Shown here piece by piece: positions 50,107 to 64,000 of a stretch of DNA of 64,000 nt. Within the stretch, counting starts at the first letter, position 1; every line of letters starts with the position of its first letter. The translations under genes were made by a program, and so were the position numbers. The notes beneath the pieces were generated by a model. The model was not told where the DNA came from. It saw only the letters and a list, made by a program, of their open reading frames with translations, and did no database searches. The stretch spans positions 2,668,001-2,732,000 of the forward strand of contig NC_087438.1 in NCBI RefSeq assembly GCF_036321535.1. The letters are read 5' to 3'. Source of the DNA: Camelus dromedarius. Taxonomy: Eukaryota.

Positions 50107-50904
50107 TTATTATTAAAAACGAAGATGTAAACCAGAGCACATCTTTGTTTTAAAAATGTGTGCATTACAAAAGCTAGAGAACTGCTTCCTGGTTTAATGA
50201 AGATTTGCACTAGGTCCTGGGAGATGAATCAAGGCTAAGACGATTTCTTTGGTAGGAGCTGCCCTCCTGCTCCAGTCTAAGTTCCATGAAAGAAGAAAGT
50301 TTACAATTTTTTCCCAGCCCCCAGAGAGGTAATGGGACCACTGTTGACATGCAGTGAATTCTGCTGAACTCAAGAACGGAGGCGTGAGACACTGCACGTA
50401 GGACATAAACAGCAACGGAAGGTAAACAGATTTTATAACAACAGCCTATAGATTAATTCTCACTTTTGAAAAAAAAAATTACTCTAAAATTTTGATCTGT
50501 GCGATATAGCACCCCTGCTGTAGCTAAAAGTTATCAGTCAAATAGCTCATGTAGCTGTTGGCGTTGTTAAAATGGAGGTTTTCCATATGACTGCATCTTC
50601 TAATGGACTGGATTGTTTCTTTCAGCAATTTTTTCTTCAGTTGAGTCACAATGGCCTCGATCTGTTTTATGTGTATAAGTACCTTACTTCTTACATCACA
50701 AAGTTTGCCTTTCTTTGATAATTCTGGGTCACTCAGTGTTATACTTTGCTAAAATAAAGAGAAAGCATGGGTGGTGCTTTGGGATAGAACTTGCATTTAT
50801 TTAATAGACATGCAATTGTGAAAGTGGCCTTCTGAGGTAGGCTCAGTGTTCCAGCCTCATCCCGGAGGACGTCGAGGTCACGCGGGTGGAGGGAGCTCTC
50901 TAAA

Positions 50905-51305
50905 TTGCCTGTTGCTGCAACATATCAGTGGCCTAAGACTGCACACATTTATTGTGTCAGTTTCAGGAGGTCAGGGGTTGAAACCCTCTGCCAGGGGTCG
51001 CACAGGCTGCAGTTAAGGTGTTGGCTGGGGGAGGCAGAACCTGTTCCCTTTCTCTGTAGAACTGAACCCCTCAGCTTCCCCGGAGGCTGCTTGCCAACCA
51101 CTGCCCATCAGCCCCCTCCTCCCCTCGGGCCAGCATAGAACACCCCTTCTGCTTGGGGCCTCTCTCCTCCCGAGCCCCTTTCCAGGGCTCAGGTCCGGTG
51201 CCCCAGGGCCATCTGCAGGTTGAACTCCTGAAATCAACCGACCAAGGGCTTCAATCACACCTGCAGAACCCCTTTGCCTCTGCCACGCAGCAAAACCTAG
51301 TGACT
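50905..51305 (-). mobile_element. MaLR LTR (MLT1-type), antisense
   Basis: ttgctgcaaca...cacatttattgtgtcagtttcaggaggtcag...aatcacacctgcagaacccctttgcc. Confidence 0.6.
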
Positions 51306-51720
51306 GTAAGTTGTAAGTTGAATTTTCTTTCCCCAAAGTGATATGTTCAACTCCTCACCCCCAGCGCCTGTGAAGGTGACCTTGTTTGGAAAGAAGGTCT
51401 TTGCCAATGCAGCCAAGTTAAAACGAGGTCAACAGGGAGGGCCCGACCCACTATGACCAGGGTCCTGCTAGGAAGCGGGCGTTTGGGCACAGCCGGCACT
51501 CGGGGAGAGCTCATGTGGCCGTGAAGGCGGAGACGGGTGGTACTTCCAGAAGCCAAGGGACACCCAAGATTCCCGGGAGAGGGACCTGGAAGGAGTTCTC
51601 CCCGCGGGCTCAGAAGGAGCAGCCGGGCCGGCACCTGTGCTGGCCTTCCGGCCTCCGGAACCGCGTTGTTCCCATCACCCAGTCTCCGGTGCTCTTACCG
51701 CCAGCCCCGGAAACAAGACC
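51306..51720 (+). mobile_element. MaLR LTR (MLT1B/C-like)
   Basis: gtgaaggtgaccttgtttggaaagaaggtctttgc...agaagccaagggacacc...gccagccccggaaac. Confidence 0.8.
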
Positions 51721-53924
51721 CTGGGGCTGCTGTCCCGTCATGTTTGCAGTTCTGCCCGCCCCCAAAGAGAGGGGGTTACACTGAGCAGGCCCACCATGGT
51801 CAGGACTGCGGGGCCACCGTGGGGCTCCTCCCAGCAGTGCAGTCTCCCTAACTCACGGCCACACTCTCTCCTTCCTCGGCCCCAAGCAGGACATTCAGGG
51901 CAGGGCTGCCCTCGACGCAGTGGCTATGCCACTTAGTCTGTTCCATGTGACTCAAACCATCGAGTGCGTGCTGTTCAGTAATCCATGGAACATTCCTCAG
52001 CCCCAGTTTTCTCATCTGTAGAATTAGAGGCTTGAGGTCAGTGATCCCTGAAGTCCTTTATTTTCTGAAATCCCACTTTATTCTTTTTGCAGGGTTACGT
52101 GCAGGGACTTGGTTAAGGTTGGTCTCCATGCAGACTTGAGGCCAGCCTTGCCTCTTTGAGGTTTTGTAGCTGTGTTCTGTGTAACTGGCTTGCCAACATT
52201 CAGATTATTGGATAAACAAGACATTACCTCACTTGGTTTTATTGGATAGGGTGTATAATTAACCCTTTTTAATAGGAATAGAGACAGGCTAGCTTATCTT
52301 ATGAGCATCTTTGAGTAAACTCTCCCCATGGGTTGAATCTTTGGTTCTGACCTGACTTGGTAGAGAAAATGGAAAAAAAAAAAAAAAGATTAATTGAAAT
52401 CTTTTCAGTGTAAATGTCACTTCAGGGTCATAATTCTACCTCCTTCTTACCATTCCAGTTAATAAAGTATGTCTTACACATTTCCTTTTTTTCATTTTTA
52501 AGGACTCATTTCTGTGCTAGGAAAAAAAAAAAGCTCTTATTCTGTCTAAAATATAGTTTTCAGTCCATTAAGAAAATATTTCTGGTTTTAGTTATAAATG
52601 AATTCAAAGGGCTTTGCTTTATAGCAATTAAGTCACCTCCTTGAATATGAAAAAAATAAAATAAAACCAGTTTTTCTCTCTGAACATTCTGTGCACTATG
52701 TGGCTTCTAGACATGTTTTAACTTTATTATAAATCTTAGAACACGCTGGGGAAACAACTGGAAAATCCAAATCTTGAACAACAACAACAAAACACATCAA
52801 TCATTGAACGTTCGTCTGTTCATATGCCTCCTAAATAGAATTCATGTACCACTTTCTAAGAGAAAGATAACTGGTATGGATGGGTCTGTGGTTTTAAAAA
52901 ATACAGCCTTTGAAAACATAGAATGCCGCTTTTCATAGAGGAGTTACAAGACAGCCGCAATCACTTCAAAAAGACTTTTCTCCGTATTTTCTCAGTTCGA
53001 AAGCACCAATTCCAGAATCGCTTATGAAATCCTTTTTTCTTTCAACGAAGGCTGTCTTCTAGGAATTCCAGCCGGTGATGTTTTCTACCCCAGGATGCTC
53101 AGAGAAGGCGGCTGCCGCGAGTAGATGTCTGTGCAGACCTGATGAAGTTGTGTTAGACCGAGGGCCACGACACTGCTTCTCCTGCATCAGAGGATTTCTT
53201 TCTGGGTCCCCTGAACTTGGAATTTCCCTTTCAAACGTCCATTAATTCCTATTAGGGAGTTACTAGTAAAGAAAATTGCATGTTAGCTTTTATCAATCTG
53301 TATGAATAAATGTTAACCATTCTCAGTTAAAAGCCCTCCTTTTTAGCCCCACTCGTGTGCAGACAGCCAGAGCAGGGAGCGCACCAGCAAATCATCCGGA
53401 AGCTGAGCGCGCTCAAGCCTGCACAGAGCCTCGGGGACGGGTGTTAGCATTATGGATTTTAATTTGAAATAATGTCAGTCTTTTCAGGCCTCCATTGTAG
53501 AGCATGAGCCGCCATCTGCTTATAATAATGAGTCTGACAATCCACGTAAATGTGATTTGCTGCCCCTTTTGCCAACGTAATGGCCGGGACATTGATCCTA
53601 ATGGTGGAGCCGTTGCAGGCATTTCATTCAATAGGAAGAGGACAGACCCGGAGCCGAGTGAAGATGCAGGCGGAGCAGCAGTGAAGCACAGAAGCGAGCT
53701 TCCCCACCGGGCAGCGATGTGATGCACCCACAGTGATCATCGTCTCCATCCTTTCTCAGTATTTCAGTACAACTCAAAGTACAGTCACCCAAACTACTGG
53801 GGAAGACCAGAGCCGTGTCAAGATGCTGGACTGCTCCCGCCGTCCATTCCTCACTGGAACGTTCGAGATGGGAGCTGCCAAACTGTCTAACTCCAAGGTG
53901 CTCCGTGGTCCAGCTACACCTGAG

Positions 53925-54565
53925 ATTGCTGTCCAGCATGGTGGTTACTAGCCACACATGTCTATTTACACTTCATGTAAATTAAATGAAATTAAAAATG
54001 GAGTTCTTCAACTTTAAAGTGCACATGTACCCCCATGACCACAGAAGCATTACTTGCAATAGCCAAGAGTTGGAAGCAGTCCAAGTGTCCATCAGCAGGT
54101 GAATGGATAGACAGGTGCACGCAGTATAGACGTGCAAGGGAATATTACTCAGCCTGTAAAAGGAAGGACATTCTGATACACATTACAGCATGGATGGAGC
54201 CTGAGCGTACACATTACCCTGAATGGAAGAAGCCAGTCACAAAAGAATACATATCGTGAACTCCACTTACATGAGGTACCTAGACTAATCGCTTAATAGG
54301 AACAGAGTTCCTATTTTTTACAAGATGAAATCATGTCTGGAGATGGGTAGTGGTGATGGTTGCATGAAAATGACCAAAATACTTGATGTCACTGAACTGT
54401 ACACTTAAAAAGGGTGAAAAGGAGACATTCTAAGTCATGCATATTTTACCCTCATTTAAAACATTTAGTTCCCCGTTTTCCCCACAGCCACCTGTGGCTA
54501 GTGGCTGCTGTCCTGGATGACACAAATAGACCTTTTTCATCACCACAGAAGGTTCTGCAGATGTC
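53925..54565. mobile_element. MER3/MER33-like DNA transposon interrupted by L1
   Basis: Halves at 53925-54008 (ctagccacacatg) and 54462-54565 (agccacctgtggctagtggctgctgtcctgga). Confidence 0.65.
54015..54461 (+). mobile_element. L1MA/MB 3' end
   Basis: aatagccaagagttggaagcagtccaagtgtccatcagcaggtgaatggatag...ctgaactgtacacttaaaa. Confidence 0.85.
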
Positions 54566-56907
54566 GTCACCTCAGAGGAAGGCTGCTGGGGTCCAGGCGG
54601 GAGGAGGGAGTGCCTGAGCCGTGGGATGAAGCGGCTGCAGCAGGAGTCCTGTGGTCTGCAGCCCTGTGTGTGCCCGAATTGGGGCAGAAACTACCACCAA
54701 CCATATTCATGCACTAGGGACATGGCTGATAAAACGGGGGTTGACCATCTGGGCTTGCATTGCTTCTGCGTTTTCTGTGATGCGGTTTTCACTTTCAGTG
54801 CGATTTAGCTGGTACCACCACGGACATTGCGGGTCCCTCCCGAGGCTCCTCCTCTCATCTTCCCAACTGCATGAAAGGCTCTTCAGGGCGAAGCCTGAAC
54901 ATCAGAGCAAACATAGCCAGAGTGGCCTGTGCCATTTGAATCACAGAAGCGACCTGTAGATGCACATTCACAGAGGGAAGAGCCCAGCCCATTAATCACG
55001 GGATGTGGATGAACAAGTAGGAGGCGTGAAACAGAGGTGGGCATGGGGACCCGTTTCTGCGGGTCTGTAGGCCCTCTGCTTCTAGCCTGTGCGGGTCCCT
55101 TGACATCCAGTGACGTCAGCGCGCTCTTGTGATCCCAAGTATCCCCGAGTAAGGGATTCTTTTCTGATTTGCTCTAGAGGAAAAATGTACCCAAAAACAG
55201 AGCATCGTAGAAGTGCCCCGGATGGAGCCACGGGACGGCCTGACTTGGCGCTTCAGGATTCATTAACTTTCCCTCAAGTTTAACTCAGCTTCTGTCCTGA
55301 CAATCGTACATAGTAATGTCGCTTGCCAATTTATTTAGAAATAAAGGACTATATCACTGGACCGGCCCTTTTGAAATGTGGAAAGTATCCCTGTCTTGAG
55401 CACAATTAGCACGAGTCAGGTGGATGCTGAGTGCCTTTCCCACAGTGCGAGCTGCTCACACTACTGCTCTTGCAAATGCTCTTTGCACGTGAGCAATTTA
55501 TTTCACCCTTTTCTCAGTTATAATGTTAAGAACATAAATAATTGCAGAGGTTCAGTCCTCAGTGTGGTTGATTCAGGGACAGAAATACTGTCTCCCAATG
55601 ATTGGAAGCTAAGAATATTTGTATTTTTCAAATTTATTTTATTTTCATCAGTCTTGAGAACGTTTGCTAATTAAAAATGTGTATCTACTAAATTTCTTGA
55701 ATTTTTACCCTTTTGTATATTTATGCCATTCTAATCGCCACCCCACTCATCCAATTTTTATGTTAATTTTTATTAGTCAGGAGAATATTCAAGGCAAGCT
55801 CTCTTTTTTAAATTGCATTTGCGTTGCCTTTCTTTGCCATTGCTCTTATTGCCATTAATAAAAGTAATTCAGCTAGACTTTACTGAGCATATTGAGATCA
55901 TCGTTTTGATTCCAGAAACTAGATTATAGAGGAAATCTGAATACATAGATATAAAAACCAAAACTCCTACATGATCTAATATCAAAAATTCAAGTGAACT
56001 GTGGAGATTCTCAGCAGGAAGCGGAACAGAAGGGGCGGAGAACCAAGGAAGTAGAAGGGCTGCTGAGGGCTGGTGGTGGTCTGCGGGGCTGAGCGGGAAG
56101 CAGGCCGTGGGGGACACCAGACCCTGCCAACAGCGCGCGGCAGGTGCAGAGTCTTGGGAGACACAGGCTATTTATGCCGTTATAAGAAACACATCCTGAT
56201 ATAGGTTTGGATCTGAAATGTATCTCTTGGGAGACAAAGTGGATGTGTTTTTATGAATTAAAATCCTAGATACAGGATGCAGACTAGGCTCCAGTTATAA
56301 GGGTCATCACTTGGAAGTACCTGGTGAGGACTTGGAAAGGTGAATCTGGACTTCGATGCACCGTAAGGGCAGATACGGTGACCAGCTGGTCGAGAGGTGC
56401 TGGCTCAGGGCTGGGGGGAGGGGGCTTCCCAGGGGGACAGGAAGGCAAGAAATGAGGAGAACTCGGGGAGTGCTGGGGGACCAGGGATGGAAGGAATCAC
56501 CAGTGAGGCAGAGGGAAACGCCGGGTGTGGTCATTGCAGAGATGGAAGGAAGAAGTTGCCCACATGCTCGGTGTTTAGGAGATCAGGAGAAGCTGGGAGG
56601 AGGACCACACATAAGACTGATTTCTCTGTTGGAAACTGGGACTGCTGACCTTCGAGAGCAGCTCTGAGGAAGGGTGCACTCAGGGACGTCCCTCCCTTCT
56701 GTGTCTGTTTTAAGTACACGCCGCCCAACTGTGGTGTGGAAGTTTACCCAGTGGCCCATTCCTATGCAAACGCCTTATCTCATTCCACAGAAACCAGTCA
56801 GAAAACCTACTCTAGAAATACAAACTTTAAAGTTTACTTTTCCAGAATAGTGTCACCACCATGTGAATCACAGATTGCATTGATTTTCTTATTCTGCACT
56901 GGAGAAT

Positions 56908-56982
56908 TTGCTATTGAAAAAATAAATGCACGTGTAAGTGGACTCACGCAGTTCAACCCCAAGGGGTTCGAGGGTCAGCTGC
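56908..56982. mobile_element. TcMar-Tigger MITE end (MER8-like)
   Basis: gtgtaagtggactcacgcagttcaaccccaaggggttcgagggtcagctg terminus. Confidence 0.6.
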
Positions 56983-58989
56983 AATATTAACACAACAATA
57001 GCAACAAAGCCAAGCCCTTATACACGCAGCAAGGAAAAGCGCTGAGCTTTCAGTCAGTCACAGTAACGCCTTGCAAGGGCCCCAACGTGGGGAACGCTGC
57101 TGTCAGTGTCCATGAAGCTGCTCTGGCCACTAGGCTGTCACCAAATGGGCCACAGAAAGGGAATCTAACACGCAGCTCTCGCTGTTGGGTTTCACTCTTC
57201 TAAGTGCAGAACCTTCCAAAGGCTCTTTCTAAATAGACTGGGTGTGAAAGACTTGTAACCTTCTGCAAAGTGAAACCCTAAGGAAAAGATCATCTTGCGT
57301 TAAAATTCGAAAGAAAAGTGTGTGCATAGTGAAGTTGACTCAGTTGTGCACTTTTTCATTGAGGAAAAAAGATAGAGCTGAGTTTGGTGGTGTTTGGATC
57401 CGTCACTGGATGAACTCAACGAATGACAGTGTCTGGTGAGGATGAACACATCCAGCTTCGAAAGAAGGCGTCCCTTGGCAGCCCGAGGGTCTAATTCTGG
57501 AGAGTTCTGCATGTGCTCCTAGACGTGCCGATCACCGCGTGACCTGAAACCCGAAAGTGAATTAGCCTTTGATTTGCAGCTGTTTTCACACTTCAGAGAC
57601 AGCATTTCCTCATGTGAAAGAGACTTGCACTGTGGGAAAATCCAGGAAGCAACCTGTCCTTGACAAGTTCACAGAGTATTTGTGGAGCAGGCAACATGTT
57701 GGGGGAGAGCGGAGCATGGGACTGGGGTGGGATGGCAGCAGGAGAGGAAGCATCAAGGTGCCACCACCAAGCAACGGGTGCTCCGGATCTCTGCGGGGTG
57801 TGCGAGGAAGGTGACAGGACACAGAGGGACCCAGTGCTGAGGCGGCCTCTCTGAGGAGCTGCCTTGTGGACTCTGAGTGACCACAATGACCGGGACAAAC
57901 AGGTCTTGGGACAGAGCTATTTGGCAGAAGGGTCAGTGTGTGTTCTTCCATTTCTAGGACCCACCCCTCAGAATCTTGCCCAGAATCCTCTTCATGGAAT
58001 GTTGCTTACATAGGGTTGACTCTAAGTCTGTCGTCTAAAGCTGGCCAATGGGAAGTGGGTGGACATTAATGGGGACCTCTGGACTGAGGATCGAGTCCTC
58101 AGAGGTCATCCTCCCTGTTCTGCCCCTACCCAGCTGGGGGACTGCAGTCAGTCTCCCCACTCTGGGGCTCCATCTCCTCACAGAGACAGTGAAATGGCAC
58201 ATTAGAAACCCCCACCCCCAAGTCTTTTCTAGACCCCTGTGCTTCCGTCTTTTACAGCTCGACCAAGCATGTGACATGTCTTATCCTGGCATCCTTTTGT
58301 CTTGATTGTTTTAGACACACTTTACAAAAAAGAAATTAATTTTTTGTTTGTTTTGTTTCCCTAAAGAGGTCATTGTCCCCCTCCCCTCAAAAAATGTCTA
58401 CTCAGTAAATGTTAAAATAGAATGCCTTTTATGTTAAATCTTTGTAATGAGTTTGAATAAAGTTTTACTATCCAATAGTCCCAGCCAGCCCTTTTTTACA
58501 AGAGCATTCTCATTACCTAGATTTTATTGCCAAGAAATGAAAAAAAGGAAATTGTAGATATTTAGGGGGGAAAATTTACTTTTAATAATGTCAAGTCCTT
58601 TTTATAATTGAGATGTCAGAATTTATAATTGAACTGTGTAATCAGAGGGTCAGATAAAATTTCTACAGGTCCAATTATAGCTGATGCCTATTTTAAACAC
58701 TGTGAATATTCTGGGGAATTATTTTCACCCCCTTGTAAGACTTTTGAGACATTAGCTCACCACAGCATTCAGCCACCTGCCAAGCACTTTATTGGTCTCT
58801 CTAACCACCCAACATAATCGTCAAGGTTCCTTTTGAATAAAATTCCAGGCATCGGATGATAGAAAATAGCATTAAGGTGCTGGAAGAGACTAGTCAAGGT
58901 AGAGCTATGGAGAACAGACTAGCTGAGCCCTAGAGAAGACAGGGGGAAAGGGGACACAGACCTCTGGCTGGACACTGCAGTGGGTTTTA

Positions 58990-59140
58990 CATCATTTAAT
59001 TTAATGCTTTACACATCCTGCAGGGTGGTGACCAACGTTCGTTTTGCTCGTGAAGGCATTAAGATGCTGGGGAGTTAAATCAATCAGAGCCACAGAGCCA
59101 GTGCTTAGGAGGACCTGGGTTCCAATCTCATCTGTCCTAT
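58990..59140 (-). mobile_element. MIR SINE
   Basis: catttaat...ttttgctcgtgaaggcattaagatgct...gccacagagccagtg. Confidence 0.5.
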
Positions 59141-60049
59141 TGTGTTTACAGTAGTTTCCTCTGCTATAAAATTACCTTCCTTGGGGCTAAGCCTACAGAG
59201 ATGAGCACACTTCTGGTGCTGAGAGTTGCTGCAGCGAAGATCTAAGCGATTTGTACAGCAGGCTGTGAGCGCCTGGACCCTAACTTCTCCTTTATTCAAA
59301 CACATTGGCAGTGAATGCACCCTGGCTTCTCCCGTTGTTCTGAACTAAAGACCCTGAAGATAAGCCCTCCTCCATGGCAATGACCATGAATCGCGGGTGG
59401 ATTCAAACAAAAGAACTTAATTACTTCAGACTTCTTGGATGTTGGCATTGTGTGAGGAGATGGCGCACAAATAGCACTCTTGCTGATTTGGAATTCTTTA
59501 TTTCTACTTTTCATCTAATGCTCCCAAAGCAACCCAAAATCTCTCCAAAAAGTGATCTCAAACTTAGCCCAATAAGAGTGCAGTTTTTTTTTTAATATGA
59601 ACTTATAAAACATTGATTAAATAGCCAGTGTGATTACAGTATAAATGGTGCTGAAGAAGTCTTTGCTCATGAATCAAGAAATTATTTCTTATATGATGTG
59701 TCCCTTCAAGGTCTTAAACTTTACCCCTGTGGTTGACCAGATATTCACCAATTTCATTCAAGATCTTGTAGACAATTTGACCGTATGTGCAACAGTCTGC
59801 CTTTAGGTCAGATACGAATCCAGACTTCTTTACCATATAGCTGGCTACCCCAAGGTGGTCAGGAAATATTAAAATCTAAGGTGAAGAACCATTTATCTGA
59901 GGTTCTTAAGATAAAATTCTACTTAAAAGAAGCTTATATCATTTCCATGTTGTATCAAAATTATTTGGTTTCTCATTACATCAAGGATCAGTAAAGATAG
60001 ATAAGAGCTACATCTTTAAACAAGGACCTTAAGAAGCCTCTCCTGGTCT

Positions 60050-60330
60050 GTGTCTATCCTGGCTCTGTGCAAGGTGTCTATGTACAGTGTTAAGTCTCAC
60101 AGTACCAAGCAAAGTGCCTGGGACACAGAAAGCCATCAATGAGAAGCAATTAATACATGCTGTTGAGTAAACACATGAATGGGAAGCCTTGAAAGTAGGT
60201 ACTTCTTCCCTGTTTAACAGATGACAGCAAGACCCAGAGAAGTAAGCAAGCTGTCTGAGGTTGTCTAATGAGGGTCCCAACAGGACGTTGAGCCCAAATT
60301 GTCCAACTTTTATTTTAATCCTCTACCTAC
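60050..60330. mobile_element. L2 3' end plus MIR fragment
   Basis: aaagtgcctgggacacag...taatacatgctgttgagtaaacacatgaatg; tttaacagatgacagcaagacccagagaagtaag. Confidence 0.5.
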
Positions 60331-61129
60331 TTCAAGGAGAATGTTCTTATTGACAATATCCATGCCTTTATTGATATTAGCAGAGTTTTAAATGAACATT
60401 TTAATCATAATTATACTATGTCAAACTGGACTTTGAAGTCATTGATCAGGATTTTCAAGATCTGTTGAAATAAAAATTCAGATAATGACATGTATCTGAA
60501 TTAAGGCAGTTCTGACTTAAGGCAGATCTGAGGCCTCAATTCCAGTCCCAAGTTACTAGCAGAGTTCCTCTTTCCTTTATTCTTTCTTAGGAGCTGGATA
60601 TGCTGAAATTTCCTTGGGAAATCTGAGCTAGGATGCGTCATTTATTCAAAAAAATATGCTAGGAGAGTCCCATGTGGAAGTTACTATACAGGGTCCTGGG
60701 TTCCCAGGGACTGAACGTTAAGGATGGCTCTGGACGTTGGCAGCTGGGGTCCCAGAAATGTTTTGCTCTATATCCGAATCCTCAACGTTCGAATTCCAGC
60801 AGCAACTAAACCCAGGATTCTTTGAGGATTTCAGAACTCTCCCGTCACGCCGTCTTGTATGGCGTGGAGGAAACCAGCTCTCCCGAGGGGCAGCCTCAGG
60901 TTCTCATGTCGCTCAAATGCTTGTCACGGCTGCTCGGTGGCTGTGACTGGTTCCCGATGTGCAAAGAGAGTGAGATTAAGCTGCGCTTTGAAGTGGTTCT
61001 AGTTCTTCCTACAGTTGCTCTAGGACAGTGGGTTTAGGGATGTTTGTTTGTACGCATGTGTGTTTTAGTTACTGAAACCTGTTTTAAGATATTAGAGTAC
61101 AAAGATACTGAATTACATATCAGAGTATA

Positions 61130-61195
61130 AAAGAAGGAGGAGGAGGAGGGAGAAAAGGAAGAAGAGGAAAAGAAGAGGGAGAAGAGTGAAAAGGA
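61130..61195. repeat. GA-rich low-complexity tract
   Basis: aagaaggaggaggaggagggagaaaaggaagaagagg... Confidence 0.8.
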
Positions 61196-61660
61196 GCGGG
61201 CGGAGGGGGCAATGTCTTGCCTTTGGCTGTATGGGATCCAGAGCAGGTGCCCCGGAATCCTGCTCAGTTAGTCCCACGCTGAGTCATCCCCTTCCCACGG
61301 AGGCCCTGAAGGGGCTGAGCTCCAGCACAGTTTAAAACCACTCCCCAGGGCTTTGAAATTCAGAAAGGACCCCTTATTTGCACCCTACACTGATCTTATG
61401 CCCATCAAACAAGTATCATCTAATAAGAAAATGGAGCAGGGTACACAGTCTCCTCCTGCCCCACTCTTCCAGAAACCACAGTTTCATCAACTAGGAAAAA
61501 AAAAAAAACAGACTGCCAACAAGTGGCCAGATTAAGTACCAGATTACAACCATGCATTTGTTTAAAAACCTAAGGATTTTACAACATTCATTTTACTGTA
61601 GTAACAGCAGTAGTGATCCAACAGTGCTAGTGGTTCTCGTTAAACTGGAACTGCCTCCCA

Positions 61661-62135
61661 TTTTTTTTTGTAAATTAAAATTGTTCATTTTTATTGAAGT
61701 GTAGTTGATTTACAATGTTATATTAGTTTCAGGTGTACAGCATAGTGATTCAGTGTTTTTAATAGATTATAACCCATTAAAAGTTATTACAAAATAATGG
61801 CTATAATTCCCTGTGCTCTACAATATAGCCTTGTTTCTTATCTGTTTGCCTATCAATTTTATACATATTAGTTTGCCTCTCTTAATCCCCCATACACCTA
61901 TCTTGCCCCTCACCCTTTCCATCTCCCCACTGGTAACCATTAGTTTGTTTTCTATATCTGTGAGTTTGTTTCTGTTTTGCAATATGCATTTCTTTGCTTT
62001 ATATTTAGATTATACAAGTGATATCATAGAGTATTTGTCTTTCTCTGATCTACTTCATTAAGCATAATATTCTCTAGGTCCATCCATGTTGCTACAAATG
62101 GCAGGGTTTCATTCTCTTTTATGGTTGAGTATGTG

Positions 62136-62188
<53 letters not shown>

Positions 62189-63480
62189 AAGTTGGAATAT
62201 ATATATGCCACATCTTCTTTATCCAGTCATATATTGACGGACACTTGGTCTGCTTCCATATCTTAGCTGTTGTAAATTGTGCTGCTATGAACATTGAGGG
62301 GCATGCATCTTTTTGAATTATTGTTCTTGTTCTGTTCTGGATATATACCCAGGAGTGGAATTGCTGGGTCATATAGTAGTTTTATTTTCAGTTGTTTGAG
62401 GAACCTCCATTCTGTTTTCCATAGTAGCTACAACAATTACATTCCCATCAACAGTATATAAGGGTTTCCTTTTTTCCACATTCTCACCAACATTTGTAAT
62501 TTTTAGACATTTTAATGCTAGCCATTCTGACAGGTGAGAGGTGATATTTCATTGCTGTTTTGATTTTCATTCCTTAATAATCAGTGATAGGCATGTTTCA
62601 TGTGCCTTTTAGCCATCTCTATGTCTTCTTTTGAAAAATGTCTATTCAGGTTTTCACTCCATTTTTGACTGGGTTCATTTCTTTGATATTGAGCTGTATG
62701 AGTTGTTTATATATTTTGGATATTAACTCCTTGTCAGTCATATCATTTGCAAATATTTTCTCTCAGTTTGTAGATTGTCTTTTTATTTTGTCAGTGGTTT
62801 CCTTTGCTGTGCAAAAACTTTTGTTTAATTAGGTCCCATTTGTTTACTTTTGCTTTTATTTATTTAGACTTAAGAGACAGATCAAAAATATTGCTATGAA
62901 TCATATTAAGGTGTGTTCTGCCCATGTTCTCTTCTAGGAGCTTTGTGGTTTCAGATCTTACATTTAGATTTTTAATCAATTTCATGTTTATTTGTGTATA
63001 TGGTGATAGAGAATGTCCTAATTTCAGTCTTTCACAGGCAGCTGTCCAGTTTTCTCAGCACCACTCACTGAAGAGACTGTCTTTTCTCCATTGTATATTA
63101 CTGCCTCCTTTGCTGTAGATTAATGACCATAAGTGAGTGGTTTTATGTCTGAGCTGTCTATTCTGCTCTGCATATCTGGGTCTGTTTTTGTGCCAGCACC
63201 ATACTGTTTTGATTACTATGTCTTTGTAGTGTAACCTGAATTTTGAGAGGGCAATACCTTCAGGTTTGTTCTTTTTTCTCAAGATTGCTCTGGCAATTCA
63301 GGGTCTACTGTGGTTCCATATAAATGCTAGGATTATTTGTTCTAGTTCTGTGAAAAATGTCATGGATGCTATTTTGATAGGGATTGCATTAAATCTGTAT
63401 ATTGCTTCTGGCAGTATGGCCATTTTAATAGTGTTAACTCCTCCAATCCAAGAGCACAAATATCTTTTCATTTTTTATGT
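61661..63480 (-). mobile_element. 5'-truncated L1 (ORF2 C-terminus plus 3' UTR)
   Basis: Minus ORFs RKKNKPEGIALSKFRLHYKDIVIKTVWCWHKNR and KDACPSMFIAAQFTTAKIWKQTKCPS are L1 ORF2p. T-rich tail at 61661. Confidence 0.95.
62140..62188. repeat. (TA)n(TG)n compound microsatellite
   Basis: Directly visible, inside the L1. Confidence 0.95.
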
Positions 63481-64000
63481 TTGTTAATTTTTTTTAGATT
63501 TTTTTAAATTAGTTTTTTAGTCTGCCTTATCAGCTTTCTGTTGTATATGACTGACAACATATTTTTGTGTGTATAAATACTAGTTAAAAACAAATTTTAC
63601 AATAGACACGTGTTACCAATGTCCCAGATACACTCCATGGCTTTTGGAATAACTTCACATGTTGAACACTTTAGCTAAATGATAGTATTACATAAAGGCA
63701 AACAATTAAACAGGGAATTGCAAGCTTATTTTTGCCATTGTTGCCAGTATTTGCTTTAATATTTATCTTGAGTTCAGATTAGTTAAGCCTTACGTATCAT
63801 TTTTTTATCCTGAGGAAATTATGTGTTCAAGATCTTAAGATAATCTCTTTATTTGGCACTTGGTTCATTGGTCCATCTGAAGACTGGACAACTGATATTC
63901 ATTGACTGTGTCTAGTATGTGTCATTTTTTCTGAGCCTCACAGCATTATGGTACCACCCTCACCTAAAAAAAATGTGCAAATCTTTGGTCAGTAGATGAG

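Noticed and set aside
1..64000. Prokaryote-type systems (CRISPR, operons), tRNA/rRNA genes
   Set aside because: The DNA is mammalian, and I saw no repeat-spacer arrays or structural RNA genes.

Overview
Mammalian genomic DNA. The young L1 3'-end family points to a cetartiodactyl, most likely a camelid (no BovB, Bov-A or PRE-1 SINEs seen). No intact protein-coding gene is evident, and the ORF track is mostly chance GC-rich frames plus L1/L2 fragments. The main signal is hidden on the minus strand from ~39.1 kb down to at least ~3.8 kb: about 20 decayed exon relics, many with intact polypyrimidine-AG acceptors and some with GT donors. Read through their stops and frameshifts, they match in collinear order the exons of vertebrate CCDC141 (N-terminal KIVI motif, spectrin-like helical region, low-complexity linker, I-set Ig domain), followed by additional Ig-like exons. 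I interpret this as an unprocessed pseudogene of a compact CCDC141 paralog. All alignments were made by eye against a CCDC141 sequence recalled from memory and need computational confirmation. The rest of the window is interspersed repeats (L1, L2, MIR, MaLR/MLT, MER DNA transposons), microsatellites, a twin-primed L1, a nested non-TE retro-insert and candidate conserved non-coding elements.
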